Below, in pieces: positions 1 to 8,564 of a DNA stretch of 24,496 bases. Made by a program: the position numbers and the translations under genes. Origin of the DNA: Octopus sinensis (lineage: Eukaryota); the NCBI RefSeq assembly GCF_006345805.1, contig NW_021836381.1, positions 1 through 24,496 of the forward strand, written 5' to 3'. How positions within the stretch are numbered: position 1 is the first letter of the stretch; each line of letters opens with the position of its first letter. Under the pieces are notes generated by a model. It searched no databases. It was given only the letters and a program-made list of their open reading frames with translations, and was not told where the DNA came from.

Positions 1-64
1 ATTATTAAGGTTGTTTATATAAATATCTTAAAGGGAAGAAACGTTTATCACTAATGAAGGCGAG

Positions 65-258
65 TAATCATAATCACCTTCACCATCATTATCATCATCG
101 TCGGTATCATTATCATCATCATCATCATTACCATTCTCTTTATCATCATCGACGCCGGGGTCTTTGTCGTCTTCGCTGTCGCCACCGTGTTCATCATCAA
201 CATCATCATCATTATCATCGCCATCACCATCACTTCCATCATCATCATCAACATCATA
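65..258. repeat. Degenerate (CAT/ATC)n trinucleotide microsatellite
   Basis: Runs of catcatcat/attatcatc; explains the poly-His, poly-Asp and poly-Met ORFs 28..308. Confidence 0.9.
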
Positions 259-308
259 ATATTGCAAGAACGACTCACAAATGACTTCAACACAAGATTT
301 AATGACAC

Positions 309-391
309 ATTGATGTATTCATTTTAATCATTGAAAGCTTTATTACCATTAACGACAACATATACAGCTATATATACATATACATACATAT

Positions 392-457
<66 letters not shown>

Positions 458-570
458 TATATATTATATGTATATGTATTATATGCATATGTATATGTAT
501 ATTATATATAGCTGTATATGTTGTCGTTAATGGTAATAAAGCTTTCAATGATTAAATTGAATACATCAAT
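309..570. repeat. Inverted duplication (67-bp arms) around an AT/ATAC microsatellite
   Basis: 309-375 (attgatgtattcattttaatcattgaaagc...cagctatatat) is the reverse complement of 504-570 with one mismatch. It produces the mirror ORFs 324..548(-) and 331..555(+), both starting MKALLPLTTTYTAIY. Confidence 0.95.
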
Positions 571-573
571 AGT

Positions 574-661
574 ATATATATATATATATTATATATATAT
601 ATATAGAAAAAACAAACTGGAACAGAACGTAACAAGCGACATGTTCATACACCACACACAC

Positions 662-707
<46 letters not shown>

Positions 708-860
708 TATATGTTATATATATATATATATGTATGTATGTATATGTATATATATATTTATATATGCATGTCTGTGTGCATTTGTATTTGTATGGATGTA
801 TGTACATATATATATATATGTGTGCGTGTGTGTGTGTGTGTGATTGTAGATATACAAAAA
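574..860. repeat. (AT)n/(TG)n microsatellite cluster
   Basis: Directly visible dinucleotide tracts with a short unique spacer at 606-660. Confidence 0.9.
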
Positions 861-1139
861 TATATCCATACATATATGATATACGTGTAATGCGTATAAC
901 GCACGTATGTGTGTATCTACGAACGTTTGTGCACGTCTTTATAATGTCTTTATTCTCGAGAGTGACTAATTATCGAACAATTAATTCCAGTTAATTACAA
1001 TTTGAGATTTGCATTGGGAATTCAATGATTTTAATTGTATAATAACTGACACTGTTTTTTGGTAAGGGTTATTTCGACTAAATCTAAGATTCTTCACACA
1101 CTTTCAGAGTGATATAATCGCAGAAGTGTTGCTTTTGTC

Positions 1140-1530
1140 GCTGGTGTTGGTGTTGTTGTGGGTTGTTGTGGTGGTGTTGGTAGTGGTAGTGACTGTAGTG
1201 ACGGGTGTGGTGTTGGTGCTGGTAGTAGTGCTGGTAGTGGTTATCATATTGGTCATGATGGTTGTGGTGGTGGGGTGGCGTTGATGGTATTGACCTTATT
1301 GGCGTTGGTGGCGTTGGTGGCGTTGGTGTTATCGTTGGTGCTGCTGATAATGATGGTGATTACAGTAATGTCGTAGGTCATAGTAGAAGCTGTCATGGTG
1401 GCGGTGGTGGTGGTGGTGGTGGTGGTGGTGGTGGTGGTGGTGGTGTTGGTGGTGATGATGGTTATATTGTCGTTGCCGGAGGTTGTGGTGATGGAGGTGG
1501 TGATAGTCGTTGTGAGGTTGCTGGTGGTGC
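1140..1530. repeat. (GGT/GTT)n trinucleotide microsatellite
   Basis: ggtggtggt/gttgttg runs, near-perfect at about 1403-1452; explains the Gly-rich and Thr-rich ORFs. Confidence 0.9.
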
Positions 1531-1887
1531 TTTTGTTTGTTTTGTTTTTGGTTTGTTGAGCGAAGCGGTCTTCATCCCAGTGGGAGTAGTCCGAAACGTG
1601 GTCCTTTGCTATTCGTAAGACCCGCAGAAGAGATAGCAGGTCAACCCCCGACACCGAGAGCATCGATGGATGGATGAATGTGCATCCAGGCTCAGCGGTT
1701 GCGTAGGAAGTCGGGGACAAGAAACAGGAAGAAAGAGTGGAGGAAAGTTGGAGCAAAAGAGTACAACAGGAGTCGGTACCCCCACCTCCCTGCCGGTGCC
1801 GCGTGGAGTTTTAGGTGTTTTCGCTCAATAAACGCACACAACGCCCGGTCTGGGAATCGAAACCGCGACCCTCCGACAGCGAGTCCG
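1530..1887 (-). mobile_element. tRNA-derived SINE, 5' head truncated by the adjacent SINE
   Basis: Minus strand has the B-box GGTTTCGATTCCC (1864-1852) in a tRNA-like head (ggactcgctgtcggagggtcgcggtttcgattcccagaccgggcgttgtg), a GC-richer body, and an A-rich (CAAA)n tail at about 1530-1558. Confidence 0.7.
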
Positions 1888-2016
1888 CTGGCAAAAACGT
1901 TAGCATGCCGGGCGAAATGCTTAGGGTATTTCGTCTGCCGTTACGTTGTGAGTTCAAATTCCGCCGAGGTCGACTTTGTCTTTCATCCTTTCAGGGTCGA
2001 TCTATTTAGTACCGGT
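1888..2016 (+). mobile_element. tRNA-derived SINE, partial (same family as 21750-21988 and 23380-23611)
   Basis: gctggcaaaaacgttagcatgccgggcgaaatgc...gagttcaaattccgccgaggtcgactttg...gtcga aligns by eye with 23380-23520; B-box-like GAGTTCAAATTCC. Confidence 0.85.
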
Positions 2017-2042
2017 TGATTCCATCGACACTAGTACTCAAA

Positions 2043-2174
2043 TAGTACTTATTTTATCGACCCCGAGAAAAATGAATGGCAAAGTCAATATCGGTAGCAT
2101 TTGAACGCAGAACGTAAAGACGTACGAAACGCTGCTGAGCAATTTGTCCGGCGTGCTATCGTTTTTTCCAGCTC
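2043..2174 (-). mobile_element. tRNA-derived SINE, partial and more diverged
   Basis: agtacttattttatcgaccccga...gcaaagtcaa...ttgaacgcagaacgtaaag...ggcgtgcta..gttt..ccagctc matches 21845-21975 in the same orientation. Confidence 0.8.
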
Positions 2175-3010
2175 AAGGACTTCACATTCCAATAAATATC
2201 AATATAAATGTATCTCATCATGGACAAGAATTTTATAATTTCGAAATTTTTGCCTATAATATTTCCGTTTTCCGCTTTTGGATTTTATTTCATCTTTTTT
2301 TTTTTTTTTTTTTCTCAATTTCAATTTTAAATTTGAAAAAAAAACCTGAGATATTTCCAGAAATTAAGATTCGTAGCGGATAAGGAAATCTAGAAAATGT
2401 TTTACAAATTGAAACTTGAAAATTTAATTAGCATCAAAATTCAGATCAATGATATGCCAATTTTCACATTGTATTGATAAGAATACATACAAGTTTTCTG
2501 GCGAAATTTCGGTCTGTGTTTAAATTTTAATTTCAAACAATCGAGATTCATAGAAATTCCACTATTATTATTATTTTCCCTAAGCGTTCTTATTTCTATT
2601 TCGATGCACAAATTTATAAATCTTCATAACATTGTTTTTATTACTTTAAAGATTCTAATGACGTCTCAGAATTCACTGCATAGTTAAGGTTCTCGAATGT
2701 ATAACGCAAACTTTAGAACTTTAAAGATTTCGATTATGTCTTCGATGGTGTTCCCTATTTACGTGCAACACGCGAACACCATGTTGAATATTATAGAAGG
2801 ATGTGTCGGGACATGTAAGATAATATTATAGAAGTCGCCCACTAAAATTTCACTTTATGAAACGTTTTAATTTTGAGATTCATATTTGGAACCGAAAATA
2901 TCAAATAAAAGAAAAAGACAAATAAATAAAATATTGCCCGGAATTTATCTATTTTTATTTCTCTTACAAGCATACTCATTCCTATATCACGATGGAAAAT
3001 TTTTTCCTAG

Positions 3011-3572
3011 CACCCTAATTATGATCATGAATCCAAAAGCAAAAACAGTTTAGTCTCTCGAAATGTGAAAGAACAATTGAATGGTGACTCGGAGAAATCA
3101 GCAAATGGAAAAGAAACAAAAAAAAAAAGCAAAAGAAATGATTTGTATCGAACTGAAATAGAATTTGAACCAAAGTTTTAGAGATAGATGCAATTTTCAT
3201 ATCAGTTGAATGTCAAGATTATCGGCAGAATCACTTTTGAGAATACCTTGTTAAGAAATGTTTCATGTTTTATATTAGAAAAGTAGACATTTGATGATAA
3301 AATCTTCTCTAAAGCGGATTTAAAAGCTCAGTCCTGTCGGATTAATGACATACGCATTATGACAGATTTGCCTTCAAAATGAAACTTTCAAGTGACAGTC
3401 ACAAAATGGTATTTCATTCATGAATGGAATAATGAGAGCAGAATTTTTGTATTCACTCAGCTATTTGTCTCCGATTTCCCAACGGATTTTGCATCTAAAG
3501 GGGGTTTCTATTTCGGTTCTAAAAGGTCAAATTCAAGCACGATTATGGACAGATTATTTGTATTTACTCCAG
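3011..3572 (+). pseudogene. Possible decayed or unannotated coding exon (unidentified protein)
   Basis: Acceptor-like ttttttcctag|CAC at 3010/3011 and donor-like CCAG|GT at 3572/3573. One frame of ~187 codons (HPNYDHESKSKNSLVSRNVKEQLNG...FDDKIFSKADLKAQSCRINDIRIMTDLPSK*NFQVTVTKWYFIHEWNNESRIF...) has only 4 stops (TAG 3179, TAG 3185, TAG 3284, TGA 3380). No homolog recognised. Confidence 0.25.
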
Positions 3573-3677
3573 GTGTTTGTGTGCATCTTTTCATTTTTGT
3601 CTCTGTTTCTCACACCCCTCTGTCTGTCTCACGTTCGCTCTCTCGTAATCTCTCTATTTATCTCTCTTCCTCCTTCT

Positions 3678-3790
3678 TGTTATATATATATATATATATA
3701 ATATATATTATATATATATATTCACACATACACACAAATACAAACACCACACACACACACATACGCACACATAAACACAAATATATATAG
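3678..3790. repeat. (AT)n/(CA)n microsatellite
   Basis: Directly visible. Confidence 0.9.
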
Positions 3791-3794
3791 AGAG

Positions 3795-3900
3795 AGAGCT
3801 CCACTCGAACCGTGAAATCCTCTTTCCTTTCTTTCGTTTCCTGAGCGTCAAATAACACAGTACTTGTACCATGTCCTTGCATTGTTGTTTTTCCTTGCTT
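3795..3900 (+). mobile_element. Diverged PLE pseudo-LTR-like fragment related to 5064-5230
   Basis: gagctccactcgaaccgtgaaa...cctgagcgtcaaataa resembles gagcgtaggctcgaaacgtaaaa...cctgagcgttatactaa; starts at a microsatellite edge. Confidence 0.35.
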
Positions 3901-4149
3901 ACAATTTAAAAATAGGATAAAATCTTTATAAGAATTTATCAAGTAGTTAGCATGAAAAACCCCATAAGAGAAAATTTTCTCTTAAATGTATTTCTTTATA
4001 TTGAGGGCACTACTATACATAAATGCCACGCGCTAGGAGGAACTCTTAAAATCAAAACAACCAAAATAAATATACATATTGTACCGAATACGAGGGAATG
4101 CAACTCTCGAAGCGAGCCTCTTAAAAACAGAATTGAGTTGTATATCATA

Positions 4150-4419
<270 letters not shown>

Positions 4420-5063
4420 AACACAAAATGGAGAGGCACTTGTTAATAACATCATATTATTTATAAAATCGTTATACAGAAGTTAGTATAAAGATGCATA
4501 AATTAAGCATTAAAACAGGAAAATCGGGAATGAGTGAGTTCGCAGTCTTCTTTATAGATGTATATCCTGAAAATTCATACTCCATAAACAAAGATAGATA
4601 AAACACGCATAAACAAAAGTGAAGAGGATCCGAGTAGTTATTTATAGTGAATTTTCATGGATATGTAAGTGAGTGTCCGATGAACCGAACCTCACAATAA
4701 GGGAGTGAAGAGCACGAGTACTTGTTTAGTGTTGTTTCCAGGGTTTAGCGCTCAGTAAGTACTGCATCGTACATTATGTCTCCAAATGCGTGAAATAGTT
4801 TGGTGTTAGTAGATGTGTATGAAATAAACACAAGTTTAGTTTATATGAACTCTTACCCCATCTTAAGAAGGAAATAAAATTTAGCGAAGGAACATGTATC
4901 AGTTATATATGGGGAGGGGCAATGTGTGTGTGTGTGAGAGAGAGCAAGGAAATCTTAGCGCCATGCAGTGTTTACGCATAGGCAAAATTTAGTTTAGTCA
5001 AAATATGTAACTGAAGTTGAAATATATAACAAACATATTCTAAGTAACCTAAATATTGCGCAT

Positions 5064-5230
5064 ACATTTTTTTCTCTCTCCTTGTTTCTTTCTGTGCCCC
5101 TTTCTGTAGGAGAGCGTAGGCTCGAAACGTAAAAGACTTTTTCTATTCCTGAGCGTTATACTAATACATCTGTTTGTTTTGTACACCACCTGCCTTCGTC
5201 TTTTGTTCTTTTTTCTCGTAAACTCTCCTT
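5064..5230 (+). mobile_element. PLE pseudo-LTR-like 3' fragment (copy 1), with hammerhead-like motif
   Basis: Highly similar to 16996-17151; ends exactly at (TA)n (aaactctcctt|atatat); contains a type I hammerhead-like fold at 5100-5135. Confidence 0.7.
5100..5135 (+). ncRNA. Minimal type I hammerhead-like motif with non-canonical core
   Basis: CTTT / CTGTAGGA / GAGC-GTAG-GCTC / GAAA / CGTA / AAAG. Helix I is CTTT:AAAG, helix II is GAGC:GCTC, helix III is the palindrome ACGT. The core differs from CUGANGA. Confidence 0.45.
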
Positions 5231-5239
5231 ATATATATA

Positions 5240-5274
<35 letters not shown>

Positions 5275-5279
<5 letters not shown>

Positions 5280-5578
5280 TATAGGATAAAAATTTTTTCG
5301 GAACAAAATTTTATCAATGGCCAGCATATCAAAAAATACCTTTAAAGGTAAAATTTATACATAATTTACAAGATAACGGCAGAAGAAAAATTTTAATGCC
5401 AAATATGCCGAAACAAAAGATTGTCGATAACCATTATAATTTATGCGTCTCGAAACAAACCGATAGAAATCTCTAAAAAATTCGTTATTACCGTATTGGT
5501 CCAATTTCGGGGTTAATTCATAAGAAATTTTCCCCCCTTCAGCGGCAAATACGCGAGATATAAATGAAATACTTATAT
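5275..5578 (-). mobile_element. PLE pseudo-LTR-like fragment of a second family, between two (TA)n tracts
   Basis: Bounded by (TA)n at 5231-5274 and 5576-5597; carries a near-canonical hammerhead on the minus strand. Confidence 0.6.
5488..5548 (-). ncRNA. Type I hammerhead ribozyme motif (A9G variant)
   Basis: Minus strand: TTGCCG / CTGAAGG / GGGG-aaaatttcttatgaattaa-CCCC / GAAA / TTGG-A-CCAA-T / A / CGGTAA. All three helices pair; the only core deviation is A9->G. Confidence 0.7.
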
Positions 5579-5931
5579 ATATATATATATATATATACTT
5601 AGCAAAGGCAAGGGAGAATGTCATATGGTCATATTTTGAGTTCCATTTTCCAATCAATGGAATGATATTTAAAACAAGAAAAGGGAGAAAGAAGAAGGGG
5701 CGGGGCGGGCATAGACGAGGGAGGAGATGTTGATGGGATGTAGCTATAATAACAATACAACGTTACGTCACGCAGATGTCAATAATTAATCCCGAAGAAT
5801 GTATGAACCTCGGAGAATTATGAGTAGTGTATGCGTGTGTGTATGTGTGTGTCTGCTTCTACATATTTATGCATATATGTATGTATGTATATACACACAT
5901 ATATATATATATGTATGTATGTATGTATGTA

Positions 5932-6029
5932 TTAACACCAGTGGTCTAGCATATAAAAAAACTGAGATTCAGTAACTAGCATTATATACATAAACATGAA
6001 TATAAGATATAAAATTCCCTCTTATACAT

Positions 6030-6080
<51 letters not shown>

Positions 6081-6203
6081 TATATATATATTATATATAT
6101 ATATATGTATAAGAGGGAATTTTATATTTTATATTCATGTTTATGTATATAATGCTAGTTACTGAATCTCAGTTTTTTTTATATGCTAGACCACTGGTGT
6201 TAA
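5932..6203. repeat. Inverted duplication (~100-bp arms) around (AT)n
   Basis: 5932-6030 (ttaacaccagtggtctagcatat...ccctcttatacata) is the reverse complement of 6104-6203 with one substitution and an A7/T8 length difference. Confidence 0.95.
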
Positions 6204-6271
6204 AATTGATGTTATCAAATTAATATCCAATTTTTCACTCTCATTTTAATTTTAATATATATGTATGTATG

Positions 6272-6349
<78 letters not shown>

Positions 6350-6491
6350 CTTGCTGTTAATAAAATCCGTGTGCGTTGTGTTCCGTTAATTAATAAATGA
6401 AAAAATGTATTGTAAATAAATAGTGACAGGGTACAAAACGTACAACATGTAACGTGTGTACAACCGGACGGGAAACGGACACAGCCGGTCG

Positions 6492-6632
6492 CTAATTCTT
6501 CATCAGTTATCAACCAGATGGTCCGAAGCTGAGTAATACCAGTTGGTTGATAACTGGTGAAGAATTAGGGAAATAAGGAGAGTTGGGACAGCTATGTATA
6601 GGAGAGTTGAGCAGTGTAGTGTCCCAACTCTC
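6492..6632. repeat. Two adjacent hairpins (25-bp and 13-bp arms), probably in a non-autonomous element
   Basis: 6492-6516 pairs with 6544-6568 (one mismatch); 6578-6590 pairs with 6620-6632 (perfect). Confidence 0.8.
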
Positions 6633-7498
6633 TCTTTATTAATGCGTGGTGAAGAAACATCGTCATATGAAAACAAAGCAAATGTTCTCCAATCAAGTTA
6701 TAATAAAACACGTTCATACACACACATAATCGATATTTTGTTTCAAAATGAAATACGAGTTCAGACACTAATTATTTGTCTTTTGAATTAGATAATGTCG
6801 GGACTGCTCAATTGCATGCTATAAGCAAAAATCTTAGATTAAAAGTAGTTTCCATTTAATAAAACTATCAGAAATACAGAGAAAACCAGTGATTCTGAAT
6901 TTACATTGTATAAAACTAAGTGAATGACTTGTAAAGGCTGTCTTTTGAATCACATTAACAAATGCACCAGTTCACATTTATACGTCGTTCATTTTATGTG
7001 TTTCGTCTCATAATCATAAATGGAAAATCAAAAGGACCACGACGTCGGAAGAGCATCTATGCTGTCGCTCGACCCACAAAACAATAGCATTTAAATCTCT
7101 TTCAAACATGCGTCTATATTAAGAGAGATGGAGCACACAAATTAAAGTAGTCCTAGTTAAACTAATAACTGTAATGACTGAAATAATGGCGAGATTATTC
7201 ACAACTTAAATACTTATAACCATAGTCCAGTTAGGTGGGTGCTGACCTTGGACTAAACAAGAGGAAAAACAGTATGAATAAATTTCATATATATATATGA
7301 AAAATATTACATCACTCCTTCCCTTGTCATTCATAAACACAAGAGTATTATTATGGTAGATTATCTCGCTAACCGAATGAGTTATGAAAATATACGAAGC
7401 CCAGCAACACCACCAGATCATTCTACACATCTGTGTAATATTTTGCGCAATTCCACCCAGCCGTTTGACCGTGAATCCCAAGACAAGAAAGAATCGCT

Positions 7499-7772
7499 CA
7501 TTTCGGTTGTTTTCGTTACGCTAGCGCCTGCCATAGGAACAAGAATAATTTGACCTCTTTGAAAGTCGGATAGATCTGTCATTTTAATGAATTCTAATTA
7601 CCTTTTTCTGGTGATATCTGAAAAGAAACAGCAATTTTAGCAAAACATAATAAGCAACATTAATAATAAATCAAAAAGCATAAAAATAAGTAAGCTCTTG
7701 ACAGTTTTACAGATATATCAAAATTATGATGCTATGATGCTAGGTGTTTCCTTCAGTTTTTTCCAACACCTG
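7499..7772 (-). mobile_element. Tc1-family DNA transposon, 5' end only (TIR plus transposase N-terminus)
   Basis: Minus strand starts TA|CAGGTGTTGGAAAAAACTGAAGGAAACACCT (Tc1-type terminus next to TA). ATG at 7582 reads MTDLSDFQRGQIILVPMAGASVTKTTEM, matching the Tc1 transposase HTH start (SDFQRGQI...AGAS). Confidence 0.85.
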
Positions 7773-7895
7773 TATATATATGTATATATATATATATATA
7801 TAGTAAGGAAAAATGTTTTTTAAAAAATGCAGAATGCTCAAATGAAAGAAAATTTTAATAAAATGAGAAAATGATAAAATATATAAATGTATATT

Positions 7896-7935
7896 TATTC
7901 AACGGTTTTCGTCATTGTATGACTTGTCAAGAATA
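7896..7935 (-). ncRNA. Degenerate hammerhead motif in the PLE 3' pseudo-LTR
   Basis: Minus strand: TATTC / TTGACAA / GTCA-TACAA-TGAC / GAAA / ACCGT-T / GAATA. Helices I and II pair; the core has two transitions from CTGACGA. Confidence 0.55.
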
Positions 7936-8564
7936 TTTATGTTTTAAGAAGTTTTTTTAAAAATTAGAAAGGGGAAAAAAAGAAAATTGCATTGTTTTTT
8001 GTAAAAGAATAATGATAAAAATGTAACAAAAATTTAAAAATAAGTTCTCCGATACATTGTGAGTTCGTTGTGTATCTTGCGTTTTATGGTTGTTTACGAA
8101 AAAGTACCTGAGGTTTAAGATCCAAAGAGATTAAGAGCATGTGTTGTGTTTGTGTTGTTAAATTCAGCATGTTTGCAGGACAGGAAGTAGTGTAATTGTG
8201 GTCCTGGTTCTTCAGTTCCTGTGTTGTGAGTAAGGGGAGACAACTCTTTTGAGTTCTTCAATAAAACCCAAATTATAAAACTATCATTTTAGCTTCATTT
8301 GCATTATCTTTTTTATATAATTGCTTGTTAACTTAACTTTCAGATTTTAACACTTATTTACATTATTTTCTAATAATATAAATCTGCATAGACAATTGCA
8401 TTTCAAATTGTCATATCATTTATAATAAAAATGATAGTAATAACAACAATAGTAAAAATGATATTTAAAGAATAGAAGTTTTAGCTTGAAGTGATGAATG
8501 CATGGTATCTTTATATATTTGTGTTAGTCCATCCATGAAAAGTGAGGTAGAGAAGGAAGTTTGA

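Noticed and set aside
28-308. Poly-His, poly-Asp and poly-Met ORFs
   Set aside because: Translations of a (CAT)n microsatellite in different frames; no unique coding content.
1575-1610. Hammerhead or HDV-like ribozyme (GGA-GTAG-TCC-GAAACGTGGTC)
   Set aside because: The upstream core reads CCCAGTG rather than CUGANGA, and no HDV P1 partner is present.
1158-1756. Gly-rich and Thr-rich ORFs (1158..1376, 1262..1618, 1253..1756)
   Set aside because: Made of (GGT)n repeat plus SINE sequence.
4660-4715. Another CCGATGA-core hammerhead
   Set aside because: No GAAA after a paired helix II and no matching helix I.
6451-6575. Hammerhead ribozyme built on CTGATGA/CTGGTGA
   Set aside because: No helix II plus GAAA in the correct order and pairing on either strand.
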